A stretch of 64,000 nucleotides of DNA from Candidatus Latescibacterota bacterium (GCA_963791045.1 CAWBQK010000002.1:1-64000), one strand, 5' to 3'. Counted from the first letter of the stretch, positions 20,433-31,939 are shown. Notes: generated by a model from the letters alone, not told the origin. Translations and numbers: made by a program.

Positions 20433-22316
20433 ATGAGTGGAAATCTGCGTCATCGAAGGCGATGGCTGTATGTCGCAGCGCTCGTCGCCATTTCACTCTG
20501 CATTTACTCCTGCTCCGATGATTCCACCAGCCCACCACCGCCGCCAGAGTCTCCGCTGAACTGCGAATGGACGTGGCAGCGCCCGCTCCCGACCGGGAAT
20601 TCTCTGAACGACGTGTCGTTCGCGAATGCCGACATGGGAACGGCCGTGGGCGATTTCGGCACCATCGTCCGGACGACAGACGGCGGCTCAAACTGGACGA
20701 GTCACGAGAGCGGCACGGTTCAACATCTCTTTGGCGTGTCGTTCGCGGATGCCAACACGGGTACGGCCGTGGGCGCCGAGGGGACGATCCTCAATACAAC
20801 CGACGGCGGAGCGACATGGACGGCGCAGTCGAGCGGCACGATCGCCGACCTCAACGGCGTGTCGTTCGCCGACACAGAACACGGCACCGCCGTGGGGACC
20901 GAAGGCACGATTCTTAGCACAACGGACGGCGGCGCGTCCTGGGTCATCCAGACGAGCGGGACGGACAATGACCTGCGCGGCGTCTCGTTCACGGTCGCCG
21001 ACACGGGAACGGTCGTGGGCGCCGAGGGGACGATCCTCCGAACGACGGACGGCGGCGACACGTGGACGGCCCAGCCGAACGCCGCGGCGAACAACTTTTA
21101 TTCCGTTTGGTTCACCGACACCAACACGGGAACCGCCGTGGCCGCCGGAGTGGTGGGGGCCGCGATATTCCGGACCACAAACGGCGGCGTCGACTGGCAG
21201 AGCCAGACGAGCGGCGCGCAAACCACGCTCAACGATGTGTATTTCACGGATGCCGACACGGGGTTCGCCGTAGGCTTTAACGGGACGGTCGTTCGAACGA
21301 CGAACGGCGGCGTCTCGTGGGAAAGCACCATGGTCACGATGGCTCCCCTCTTCGGGGTCGCATTCACCGATGCGAATACGGGAACGGCGGTCGGCGGAGC
21401 GGGCACCATCTATCAAACAACCGACGGCGGCGACACGTGGACGACCCAGACGGAAGTCTCTCCCCGCCCGTTCTACGGCGTCGATTTCACGGACGCCGCG
21501 ACGGGTACCGCGGTCGGATCCGCGGGAATGATCCTCCGAACGACGGACGGCGGCTCAAACTGGACGACTCAAAACAGCGGGGTCTTTCGTGAGCTGATAG
21601 GCGTGTCATTCGTGGACGCGAATGTTGGAGCGGTTGTGGGCCACAACGGAACAATTCTCCGAACCCACGATGGCGGCGCCACCTGGAGCCCTCAGACCAG
21701 CGGCACCGGACAGAATCTCTTTGGGGTTGCGTTCGTGGACTCGGCGAGAGGGACGGTCGTGGGTGCGGGAGGCACGATTCTCCGCACCGTCAACGGCGGC
21801 AACGAATGGACACCTCAAGCCAGCGTCACGAGCCTCGTGCTCCGTGGAGTGGCGTTCGCCAACGCGGAAAAAGGAATCGCCGTCGGCCCGGGCGGCACGA
21901 TCGTCTCGACGGAGGACGGCGGAGCCACATGGACGCTTCGGGTCAGCGGGACGTCGGTGGACTTGAAGGGGATTTCGTATATCGATGAGGAAGGCCGAAC
22001 CCCTCCGACCGCAACGGCGGTGGGACTGGATGGAACGATCCTCAGGTCGGGGGACAGCGGCGTGACGTGGGAGGCGCAGGCGAGTGGCGTCGACTCCTGG
22101 CTCTTTGGAGTGGATTTCACCGATGTCAACACGGGAACCGTCGTGGGACTCAGCGGCACGATCCTCCGCACAGTCGACGGCGGCGCGACGTGGGTGGCGC
22201 AGACGAGCCGTTCGAGGCATCGTTTTTTAAGCGTGTCGTTCACCGACGCACAGACGGGCACCGTTGTGGGGGATTACGAATCCATTATCCGCACGACCCG
22301 CTGCGGCGCCGACTAG
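20433..22316 (+). CDS. YCF48/BNR-repeat beta-propeller lipoprotein 1
   Basis: Lipobox YSC-SDD, Pro linker, 13 full TDGGxxW Asp-box repeats plus a terminal partial. Confidence 0.88.
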   Translation: MSGNLRHRRRWLYVAALVAISLCIYSCSDDSTSPPPPPESPLNCEWTWQRPLPTGNSLNDVSFANADMGTAVGDFGTIVRTTDGGSNWTSHESGTVQHLFGVSFADANTGTAVGAEGTILNTTDGGATWTAQSSGTIADLNGVSFADTEHGTAVGTEGTILSTTDGGASWVIQTSGTDNDLRGVSFTVADTGTVVGAEGTILRTTDGGDTWTAQPNAAANNFYSVWFTDTNTGTAVAAGVVGAAIFRTTNGGVDWQSQTSGAQTTLNDVYFTDADTGFAVGFNGTVVRTTNGGVSWESTMVTMAPLFGVAFTDANTGTAVGGAGTIYQTTDGGDTWTTQTEVSPRPFYGVDFTDAATGTAVGSAGMILRTTDGGSNWTTQNSGVFRELIGVSFVDANVGAVVGHNGTILRTHDGGATWSPQTSGTGQNLFGVAFVDSARGTVVGAGGTILRTVNGGNEWTPQASVTSLVLRGVAFANAEKGIAVGPGGTIVSTEDGGATWTLRVSGTSVDLKGISYIDEEGRTPPTATAVGLDGTILRSGDSGVTWEAQASGVDSWLFGVDFTDVNTGTVVGLSGTILRTVDGGATWVAQTSRSRHRFLSVSFTDAQTGTVVGDYESIIRTTRCGAD

Positions 22317-22340
22317 AACTCGAAACGAAGGGAAATCTCC

Positions 22341-24221
22341 ATGACCGCCGTTATACGATCCAACTGGAGATGGCTTCGAATCGCCGCTTGTCTCGCAGTC
22401 GCCGCGATCGCACTCGGTATGGGGGGCTGTTCGGACGACCCGGCGGCCCCCGAGCCTTCCCCCGCCGTCCCGCAAAACGGCGAGTGGGTCTGGCAAAACC
22501 CAATTCCGACCGGCCAATCCCTCTTCGGTGTCGCGTTCACCGATGCCCAGACGGGGACGGTGGTGGGCGCGTTCGGCACGATCCTCCGGACCACCGACGG
22601 CGGGGTGACGTGGGACACGCAAACGACCGGGGTCCCTCCGGCGGTCGATCTCAATGCGGTCTCGTTTACGGACGCGGAGACGGGGACGGCGGTGGGCGCG
22701 TTCGGCACGATCATTCGAACAACCGACGGCGGAGCCACGTGGATGAGCCGGGAGACTTCCACCATCGCCAGTCTAAACGGCGTGTCGTTTACCGATACCA
22801 ACACGGGGACAGCCGTGGGAGAGGACGGCACGATCCTCCGGACGACCGATGGCGGCGCAACGTGGGTCAACCAGACGAGCAATACGGGCCGCTGGCTCTA
22901 CGGCGTGTCGTTCACCGATGCCAACACGGGAACGGCCGTCGGGGCGGGCGGCGCCATGCTTAGGACGACGGACGGCGGCGCCACGTGGGTCAACCAGACG
23001 CCCCAGACAAACCATACGCTTCGCGGCGTGTGCTTCACCGACGCGAACACGGGAACGGCCGTCGGGGATTACGGCGTGATCCTCCGAACCACCGACGGCG
23101 GCACCCAGTGGGTCGAGCAAACCAGCGGCGTGGGCACCATGCTCCGGGACGTGTGGTTCAACGACAGTGAAACGGGAGTGATCGTTGGATTCACCAATAC
23201 GATTCTCCGGACGACGGATGGCGGCGCGACCTGGACGACCTGCACGATCGAATCGCCCTCCGAATCGCCAAACTTCATACTGGCCGGCGTGTCATTCGGC
23301 GACGCGAACACAGGGACGGCGGTCGGATGGACGGGCGCGATCTTGCGGACCACCGACGGCGGAGCGTCGTGGGTGTCTCAGACGAGCGGCATGACGGCCC
23401 CGTTGTACGCGGTCTCGTTTGCGGACGCAAGTACGGGGACCACGGTGGGCGACGGCGGTACGATCTTGCGGACCACCAACGGCGGCGCCACCTGGGTGAG
23501 CCAGACGAGCGGCACGAACGTCACCCTTTTTGGCGTCACGTTTACCGATGCGAATACGGGAACCGTCGTGGGTGATGAGGGAACGATCTTACGGACCACC
23601 GACGGTGGCGCGACGTGGGAGAGTCAACGGTCGTTCTCTGATTACCCGCTCTACGGTGTGTCGTTCATTGACGAGAACACGGGAATCGTCGTCGGCCGCG
23701 GCGGAACGATCCTGAAAACCACGGATGGTGGCGCCATCTGGAGGCACATGACGACTTCATCCGGAAGGGTTCGCGCGGTGTCGTTTGGAGACGCCAACAC
23801 CGGCGCCGCCGTGGGAGAGAGCGGTGACATCTACCGAACGACCGACGGTGGAGACACCTGGGAATATCAGGAGAGCGGAACGGAGTACGATCTGCGGGGG
23901 GTATCGTTCGGTTCCGCGAACATCGCAACCGCCGTGGGAATAGGCGGTACGATCCTGAAGACCACCGACGGCGGGGCCACCTGGGTGGCCCAGGAGAGCA
24001 ACGCGACCAACCCGCTCTATGCCGTATCGTTCACCGACGCCAACAACGGAGCGGCCGTGGGCGCGGTCGGTACGATCCTTCGAACGGCGGACGGTGGCGC
24101 GACGTGGTTCAATCAGGCGGGGCCCACTGCAACCCCGCTCTACGGTGTTTCGTTTGTGGACGCCAACACCGGGAGCACCGTGGGCTTCAACGGGGTCATC
24201 CTCCGGACGACGACGCGGTAA
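22341..24221 (+). CDS. YCF48/BNR-repeat beta-propeller lipoprotein 2
   Basis: Lipobox GGC-SDD; ~41-aa repeats. Confidence 0.88.
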   Translation: MTAVIRSNWRWLRIAACLAVAAIALGMGGCSDDPAAPEPSPAVPQNGEWVWQNPIPTGQSLFGVAFTDAQTGTVVGAFGTILRTTDGGVTWDTQTTGVPPAVDLNAVSFTDAETGTAVGAFGTIIRTTDGGATWMSRETSTIASLNGVSFTDTNTGTAVGEDGTILRTTDGGATWVNQTSNTGRWLYGVSFTDANTGTAVGAGGAMLRTTDGGATWVNQTPQTNHTLRGVCFTDANTGTAVGDYGVILRTTDGGTQWVEQTSGVGTMLRDVWFNDSETGVIVGFTNTILRTTDGGATWTTCTIESPSESPNFILAGVSFGDANTGTAVGWTGAILRTTDGGASWVSQTSGMTAPLYAVSFADASTGTTVGDGGTILRTTNGGATWVSQTSGTNVTLFGVTFTDANTGTVVGDEGTILRTTDGGATWESQRSFSDYPLYGVSFIDENTGIVVGRGGTILKTTDGGAIWRHMTTSSGRVRAVSFGDANTGAAVGESGDIYRTTDGGDTWEYQESGTEYDLRGVSFGSANIATAVGIGGTILKTTDGGATWVAQESNATNPLYAVSFTDANNGAAVGAVGTILRTADGGATWFNQAGPTATPLYGVSFVDANTGSTVGFNGVILRTTTR

Positions 24222-24282
24222 GCGAGGTCAGGCGGCAAGCCGTCATTCATAGTGCATGGCCCACTGGTATGCCCCCCCCGGG

Positions 24283-24312
24283 TTGACGCGGACTCCGGCG
24301 CAAGGATAGAAT
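24283..24312 (+). promoter_or_regulatory. Putative internal promoter
   Basis: TTGACG-18-TAGAAT upstream of ATG 24361. Confidence 0.45.
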
Positions 24313-24360
24313 CGACAAAATTGGCTTCCCCGGCCTGATAACCACAGGAAAGGTCTTCTA

Positions 24361-26243
24361 ATGCGCACTTCACACGTACTGTACCTCGCGCTTCTCGCCC
24401 TGACCCTTCAGTTCTTTTCCTGCTCGGATGATCCGACGAGTCCGCCGCCAACCTCCGGCCCCGATCAGACGTGCGACTGGTTCTGGCAAAACCCCCTGCC
24501 GCAGGGCAATTCCCTGAGCGGCGTTTCATTCACCGACGCGAGTACGGGAACCGCGGTGGGAGGCAACGGCAGCATCATGCGCACAACGGACGGCGGCGTC
24601 ACATGGGCGTTTCAAACGAGCGGTACGGACGTCCCGCTCATGGCCGTCGAGTTCACCGATGCCAATACGGGAACGGCCGTTGGATATTTCGGCACGATCC
24701 TGCGCACAACGGATGCCGGCGCCAACTGGGTCAGCCAGGATAGCGGCACGGACAACCACCTCCACGGCGTGACGTTCACCGACGCCGATTCGGGGTATGT
24801 TGTTGGCGCCGCCGGCACGATCCTGCGCACAAAAGACGGCGGGATCACATGGGAAAGCCAGACCATCGCCACGACGGATAATCTCCAGGCTGTGTCATTC
24901 CCGGACGCGATGACGGGAACCGTAGTGGGAGGAAACGGCACGATCCACCGCACAACGGACGGCGGCACAACCTGGGTGCTCCAGCCACCCGGCACGGGCG
25001 GCATGATGGGGTTTAGCGGCGTAACATTTACGGACGCCAACACGGGAACGGTGGTGGGATCGAGCGGGGCGATCCTGCGCACAACCGACGGCGGCGCGAC
25101 GTGGGAGAAACAAACGAGTGAAGCGACATTCATGCTGGCTGACGTTACGTTCACGGACACAAACACAGGATTTGCAGTTGGAATGAATGGCGCCATTGTC
25201 AAAACCACCGACGGCGGGACCACATGGGTGAGTCAGACGAGCGGCACCCTGGCATGGCTTACCAGCGTATCGTTCACGGACGCCAATACGGGAACGATCG
25301 TGGGAACCGTCGGCGAAATCCTGCGGACAACCGATGGCGGAACCACGTGGACGAATCAAACGGCCCGCGTCGTCGACTTCGTCCCCCTCACAAGCGTGTC
25401 ATTCACGGACGCCAACACAGGCATAGCCGTGGGAGAAGCGGGGACAATCCTGCGCACGTTCGACGGCGGAACCACATGGATGGATCAAATGAGCGGCACG
25501 TCCGTCAGCCTCCGCGGCGTATCGTTCACCGACGTGAACACTGGCACGGTTGTAGGGCATAGCGGCACGATCCTGCGCACAACCGACGGCGGAACCACGT
25601 GGGACAAACAAACGAGCGGCACGCCCGTTAACCTCCGCGGCGTATCGTTCACCGACGCCAACACGGGAACGGCGGTGGGTTTGAACGGCACGATCCTGCG
25701 AACGACCGACGGCGGAACCACGTGGGAAAAGCAAACAAGCGGCACGGTCAACACGCTCCGTGGCGTATGCTTCGCGGATGCCAATGCGGGAACGGCGGTG
25801 GGCTTGAACGGTACCGTGCTTCGCACAACCGACGGCGGGGCCACGTGGACGAGCCAACAAGTGGCGTGGTCAACCATCTCAATAGTGTGTCGTTCACGGT
25901 CGCGAGCACGGGCACGGCGGTGGGAGAGGGTGGCACCATCATACGGACGACGGACGGCGGCGCCACGTGGGTGACGCAAGCAAGCGGCCTGCATGAATCG
26001 ATCGCGCTCTACGGCGTGTCGTTCACGGATCCGGAAGGAAGGACGACGGTGGGAATGGTTGGGAAAGCCGTGGGAAGTAATGGTACCATCCTTCGAACGG
26101 TGGACGGCGGGGCGACCTGGGAGATCCTGCCGAGATACGCCAACTACCAGCTCCTGGGTGTATCGTTCCCGACCCAAAGCACGGGCACGGTCGTGGGAGA
26201 TGCCGGCACGATCCTCCGGACGACGACGTGCGGCGCGGACTAA
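24361..26243 (+). CDS. YCF48/BNR-repeat beta-propeller lipoprotein 3 (one frameshift near 25860)
   Basis: FSC-SDD; repeats continue in ORF 25722-26243 ending TTTCGAD. Confidence 0.85.
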
Positions 26244-26309
26244 TTATCGGGCAGGCGCGAGTCGGTAATTTCAAATGAAATTGAACGGGTTCAAAGGAAG
26301 GCCATTTAA

Positions 26310-28148
26310 ATGAGCGGTGCGCTGCGGGTTCGCTGGCGATGGATACACGTTTTTGCGCTTGTGGTGATTGCGCTGCAGATCTGTTCCTGCTCGGATGATC
26401 CAGTGAGCCCGCCCCCCCCACAGAACTGCGATTGGTTCCAGCAGTATCCCTCGCCGACAAACAACTCGCTCTTCGGTGTATGTTTCACGGATGCGAATAC
26501 GGGAACGGCCGTCGGGTCTTTCGGCACGATTATCCGAACGACGGATGGCGGCGCCACATGGCTGAGTCAAACCAGTGGAACCAGCTACAAACTCAGTGGC
26601 ATATCGTTCACAGATGCAAATACGGGAACCGTTGTAGGGGATGGCGGCACCATCTTGCGCACGACCGACGGCGGCGCCACGTGGGTGAGGCAGACGAGCG
26701 GGACGCCCCAGGCGCTGTATGGCGTATCGTTCACGCACGCCGATTCGGGATTTGTGGCCGGAAATGCCGGCACCATCCTGCGAACGACGGATGGCGGCGC
26801 CACGTGGGTGACCCAGACAAGCGGCACCGATGTTCCGCTCTACGGGATTTCGTCTACGGATGCCAATACCGCGACGGCTGCGGGAGATGACAACACCGTC
26901 CTGCGAACGACGGACGGGGGAACTACGTGGGAAGTTCAGAGGAGCGGCGGCGATAACTTTTTCTTCGCCGTAGATTTCACGGACGCGGATGCGGGAACGG
27001 TCGTGGGGTTTGACGGCATCCTCATGCGAACGTCGAACGGCGGCACCAAATGGGTGGGCCAGGCGAGCGGCACGAGACAAATTCTCTCCGGGGTATCGTT
27101 CACGGACGCCCTCACGGGGACGGTCGTGGGATCGAGCGGCACCATTCTCAGGACGACCAACGGCGGGTACAACTGGGAAAAGCAAACAAGCGGCACGGGC
27201 TTTCGACTCTACGATGTGTCGTTCACGGATGCGAATACGGGAACGGCGGTGGGAGCAGAAGGCACGATCTTAAGAACAACGAACGGCGGCGCCACGTGGG
27301 TGACACAAACGAGAGGCTCGACGTACGACTTGAACGGCGTGTCGTTCATCGATGCCAACACGGGAACGGCCGTGGGTGACCGCGGCACGATTATCCGGAC
27401 GGTGGACGGTGGAACCAACTGGGAGAGGCAGGAGTGCGGGGTGACGATCGACCTCTATGGCGTATCGTTCGCCGATGCCAATAACGGGACGGCCGTGGGA
27501 GCGGAAGGCGCGATCCTTCGGACCACCAATGGTGGGGACACCTGGGTGAGCCAAACCAGCTTCACCGACGTGGACCTCTATGGCGTGACGTTCACCGACG
27601 TCAATACAGGTACTGTTGTGGGAAACAACAGCAAGATCCTCAACACGACCGACGGCGGCATGACCTGGAGACACCAGATTGGCGGGGGTTCACTCCGCTC
27701 GGTGTCCTTTGCGGACGCCAGTACGGGGATCGCAGTCGGATTAAGTGGTGCGATTGTCGGAACGGCGGATGGCGGCGCCGTGTGGGAGTGGCAAACGAGC
27801 GGCACTGAGCACGACCTCCGCGGCGTGTCGTTACCTGCTGTCACGACGGGGACGGCCGTGGGAACGTTCGGCACAATCCTGCGAACGATCGATGGCGGCG
27901 CCACATGGGTGAGTCAAACCAGCGGCACGGACCTCCCTCTCTACGCCGTATGTTTCACGGACGCGAATACGGGTACCGCCGTGGGGGCATCCGGCATCAT
28001 CCTGCGGACGACGAACGGTGGGGCCTCATGGGCAAGCCAGGTGAGCGGAACGATTTCTCCGCTTTACGGTGTGTCTTTCACGGATGCTAATACTGGAACC
28101 GCCGTTGGATACCAGGGCGTGATCCTTCGCAAACCCAAGTGCCAATAA
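26310..28148 (+). CDS. YCF48/BNR-repeat beta-propeller lipoprotein 4
   Basis: CSC-SDD; 13 full repeats plus a partial. Confidence 0.88.
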   Translation: MSGALRVRWRWIHVFALVVIALQICSCSDDPVSPPPPQNCDWFQQYPSPTNNSLFGVCFTDANTGTAVGSFGTIIRTTDGGATWLSQTSGTSYKLSGISFTDANTGTVVGDGGTILRTTDGGATWVRQTSGTPQALYGVSFTHADSGFVAGNAGTILRTTDGGATWVTQTSGTDVPLYGISSTDANTATAAGDDNTVLRTTDGGTTWEVQRSGGDNFFFAVDFTDADAGTVVGFDGILMRTSNGGTKWVGQASGTRQILSGVSFTDALTGTVVGSSGTILRTTNGGYNWEKQTSGTGFRLYDVSFTDANTGTAVGAEGTILRTTNGGATWVTQTRGSTYDLNGVSFIDANTGTAVGDRGTIIRTVDGGTNWERQECGVTIDLYGVSFADANNGTAVGAEGAILRTTNGGDTWVSQTSFTDVDLYGVTFTDVNTGTVVGNNSKILNTTDGGMTWRHQIGGGSLRSVSFADASTGIAVGLSGAIVGTADGGAVWEWQTSGTEHDLRGVSLPAVTTGTAVGTFGTILRTIDGGATWVSQTSGTDLPLYAVCFTDANTGTAVGASGIILRTTNGGASWASQVSGTISPLYGVSFTDANTGTAVGYQGVILRKPKCQ

Positions 28149-28219
28149 AATTGATTCCTGGAAAGGCTCGAAGCAGATTTACGTATGGCATTGAGCGGCT
28201 CCAATGGGAGGAACTTTCC

Positions 28220-30095
28220 GTGAACGAAGCTTTTCGGGTTAGTTGGAGATGGATTCACGTTTTTGCGCTTCTAATATTTGCGCTGCAAGTCTATTCCTGC
28301 TCAGATGATCCAGTGAACCCAACACAATCCCCCGAGCCTCCGCAGAGCTGTGATTGGTTCCGGCAAGACGTCGCACCGATCGACAACATTCTCTTCAGTG
28401 TGTCCTTCACTGACGCCAATACAGGAACAGCCGTCGGAGATTACGGCACCATCGTTCGGACCACGGACGGCGGTACAACCTGGCTGAACCAAACGAGCGG
28501 TGTCGCGAGTGACGTAATGCTCTTTAGCGTATCGTTCACGGATGCCAATACGGGGACTGTCGTGGGATCGGGCGGCACCATCCTTCGGACGACGGATGGC
28601 GGAGACCACCTGGGTGAGTCAAACGAGCGGCACGAATAACGATCTCAACGCCGTATCGTTCACGGACGCCAATACAGGGACAGCCGTGGGAGCTTACGGC
28701 ACGATCCTTCGGACGACGGATGGCGGAACCACCTGGGTGAGTCAGACGAGCGGCACCAACACCGCGCTCTTCGGCGTATCGTTCACGGATGCGAATACGG
28801 GGACTGCCGTGGGGAGCGGACGGGCACGATTCTCCGGACGACGGATGGTGGTGCCACCTGGGTGAGTCAAACGAGCGGCAGCGGATAACTGATCTTTTCG
28901 GCGTATCGTTCACGGATGCGAATACGGGGACTGCCGTGGGAATGGACGGCACGATCCTTCGGACGACGGATGGCGGGACCACATGGGTGAGTCAAACGAG
29001 CGGCACGAGCAACAGGCTCTCTGGCGTATCGTTCACGGATGCGAATACGGGGACTGCCGTGGGAGATTACGGCACGATCCTTCGGACGACGGATGGCGGG
29101 ACCACATGGGTGAGTCAAACGAGCGGCACGAGGCTACGCTCTCTACGGCGTATCGTTCACGGATGCGAATACGGGGACAGCCGTGGGAGATGACGGCACA
29201 ATCCTTCGGACGACGGATGGCGGGACCACCTGGGTGAGTCAAACGAGCGGACGAAACCGTGCTTCATGGCGTATCGTTCACGGATGCGAATACGGGAACA
29301 GCCGTGGGATCGGGCGGCACGATCCTTCGGACGACGGATGGCGGGACCACCTGGGTGAGTCAAACGAGCGGCACGATGAATAGACTCTACGGCGTATCGT
29401 TCACGGATGCAAATACGGGGACAGCCGTGGGAGATCAGACGGCACAATCCTTCGGACGACGGATGGTGGGGACCACGTGGGTGAGCCAAACGAGCGGAAC
29501 CTTAAGTGATCTCCACGGCGTATCGTTCACGGATGCGAATACGGGAACAGTCGTGGGAGCGGGCGGCACCATCCTTCGGACGACCGACGGCGGAACCACC
29601 TGGGTAAGCCAAACCAGCGGAACCTTAAGTGATCTCCGCGGCGTATCGTTCACGGATGCGAATACGGGAACTGTCGTAGGATCGGGCGGCACGATCCTTC
29701 GAACGACCGACGGCGGAACGACCTGGGTTAGCCAAACCAGCGAAGTGATATATAGCCTCTACGGGGTATCGTTCACCGATGCGAATACGGGCACTGTCGT
29801 GGGAGCAGCCGGCACCATCCTTCGGACAACCGACGGCGGAACGACCTGGGTTAGCCAAACCAGCGATGTGATGCATAACCTCTTCGGCGTATCGTTCACG
29901 AATGCTGCTATCGGGACAGCCGTGGGATCGGGCGGCACCATCCTTCGAACGACGAACGGAGGAACCACGTGGGTTCGTCAGTCGAATCACTGGTGCAACT
30001 CGCTCAACGGTGTATCGTTCACGGACGCCAATACCGGAACAGCCGTGGGCTATTGGGGCATCATCCTTCGAACGACAACATGTGGCACAGACTAA
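28220..30095 (+). CDS. YCF48/BNR-repeat beta-propeller lipoprotein 5 (several frameshifts in near-identical repeats)
   Basis: GTG 28220 after GGGAGGA; YSC-SDD; ends TTTCGTD. Confidence 0.8.
28510..30000 (+). repeat. Near-identical ~123-bp coding tandem repeats
   Basis: GGCGTATCGTTCACGGATGCGAATACGGG..ACGATCCTTCGGACGACGGATGGCGG..TGGGTGAGTCAAACGAGCGG recurs about every 123 bp. Confidence 0.9.
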
Positions 30096-30261
30096 TTATC
30101 CGGCAGGTCTCCCAGGCCGGATAGAATCAGAACTCTAATTGCCCAAGATATCGCGGTATCGTATAGATTAGAAGCGCCGTTGAAGTCTGGTTCTTGACGC
30201 CAGACCGAAGCCCCGGCCGCTGGTCCCCAAATCCCCAGGTGTGGTATACTTGCAGACGGCG

Positions 30262-31199
30262 ATGCTTATGACACCAACGTCCGCCATACGCTTATCAACT
30301 GCCAGCCTGCTGATCTTCCTTCTTTCATTTTCGGCGACTCAGGCCAGTGACGAATTCTGGGATCCCACATTCGGTCCGCAGGGCATGAACGGCTTCGTTT
30401 ATTCCATTGTCCTCGACGGCGTATCGGACGTATATGCCGGGGGGCGTTTTACAAAGGCGGGCGACCTTGACGTCGGCTATGTGGCCCGGTGGGACGGCGC
30501 CTCGTGGTCGGATGTCGGCGGCGGCGTGGGCGGCCCGGATGGTTATCACGAAGTCAGGGTGCTTTTTCTCCATGAAGGCATCTTGTACGCAGGCGGGCTT
30601 TTTCAAGGGGCGGGCGGCGGCGCGTCGGCGACCAATGTCGCCCGGTGGGACGGCGCCGCGTGGACCGGCATGGGCACGCTCGACGGCCCGGTTTATGATT
30701 TCGAAGTTTTTGATGGCGAGATCTACGCATGCGGTGATTTTGAAAAGAGCGGGAGCGTCATCCTCAACGGCATCGCGCGATGGGACGGCGTGCGATGGCG
30801 GCCGCTCGATTTGGGCTTGCGGGTTGTGACGAATCCGGGAACAGGCAAAGCAATGGACGCGGGCGACACCCACCTTTATGTCGGCGGCGATTTCACAAAA
30901 GCGGGCTCGATCACCGCGATCAAGACGGCCCGGTGGGACGGCGCCGCATGGTCGACGGGAACGGGAATACTCCAGGGTTACGTCGAAGCGATGCTCGTCG
31001 ACGGCGCGGTCTCGACGGTAGCGCACTCGGTGCGTACACCATCGCGCCGGTGTCGGCGACGGAGTTCTGGGTGGGGGGCGCTTTCACACAGGCCGGCGGC
31101 AAATCGTCAAACTACATCGCCCATTGGCGAGAGGAACCATCCGTGCCCGTCGAGTCAAAACGCTGGGGCAACATCAAGAATATCTACCGGGGCGACTAG
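30262..31199 (+). CDS. Secreted beta-propeller protein (VARWDG repeats) with C-terminal WGxIKxxY motif, frameshifted
   Basis: Signal peptide; repeated YAGGxF..ARWDG..W; other frame ends EPSVPVESKRWGNIKNIYRGD. Confidence 0.75.
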
Positions 31200-31212
31200 C
31201 GGGGCGGGGCGC

Positions 31213-31854
31213 TCAAGCCTTGCGTGCGACGATTGCTTTGAAATCAACCTTCGACCCCGTGTCGGGGTGGACGCTCGCAACGAACTCGAGGCCTTTCAAG
31301 ATCTTGAACGCGTTCTTGCGGAGAAGCTCGCCGACATAGCCTTCGCTGTGACGATAGATTTCGAACCCGCTCTCCTCATCGACACGTTTTGAAATCTCTC
31401 CCGGGCGTACAGCCGTCCCGCTCCCCGTTCCAAGCTTGTGCTTCTCGAATGTGAAGACGAACACCCCGCCGGGCTTCAAGAGCCGCGACGCTTCGGCCAT
31501 AAGCGGACCAAGATCCTCGACGAGATGAAACACCCCGCACACAACCACATGATCGTAGCCGCCATCGTCGTAGGGCAGCGGTGTGTGGCGCGCGTCGTGA
31601 TGTTTAAGATCGCGGGTGAATTTCTTTGCGCGGCACACATCGAGCATATCTTTGGACTCGTCGACCCCATCGACAACAATCCCCGCGCGGTGAAAGGGCA
31701 ATGCACTCAAGCCCGTGCCGATTCCAATATCGAGAAGTGTTTGTCCCTCGTCCAAATATTCGAACACGAGACCGAAGACGACTTCTGGCCCGTGCCATTC
31801 GTAACGAACGCTGTCCGCGTCGTACTCGTGCGCGTATCCGTTGTGGGAACTCAT
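31213..31854 (-). CDS. Class I SAM-dependent methyltransferase
   Basis: LLDIGIGTG, LKPGGVFVF. Confidence 0.88.
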   Translation of the reverse strand: MSSHNGYAHEYDADSVRYEWHGPEVVFGLVFEYLDEGQTLLDIGIGTGLSALPFHRAGIVVDGVDESKDMLDVCRAKKFTRDLKHHDARHTPLPYDDGGYDHVVVCGVFHLVEDLGPLMAEASRLLKPGGVFVFTFEKHKLGTGSGTAVRPGEISKRVDEESGFEIYRHSEGYVGELLRKNAFKILKGLEFVASVHPDTGSKVDFKAIVARKA

Positions 31855-31939
31855 GATTGGAGCCGAGCGATTCCGGCGCCCGGCGGCCGGTTTACCTGAA
31901 ACGTGCGGTCGCGTCCCTCGCGACCGCCCGGCGGCCGGT

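Noticed and set aside
28510-30000. Regular repeats as a CRISPR array
   Set aside because: The period of 123 bp equals 41 codons of in-frame propeller blades; no unique spacers and no cas genes
20433-30095. Diversity-generating retroelement behind loop variability
   Set aside because: No reverse transcriptase or noncoding template repeat in the window, and variation is not obviously adenine-specific; a remote DGR cannot be excluded
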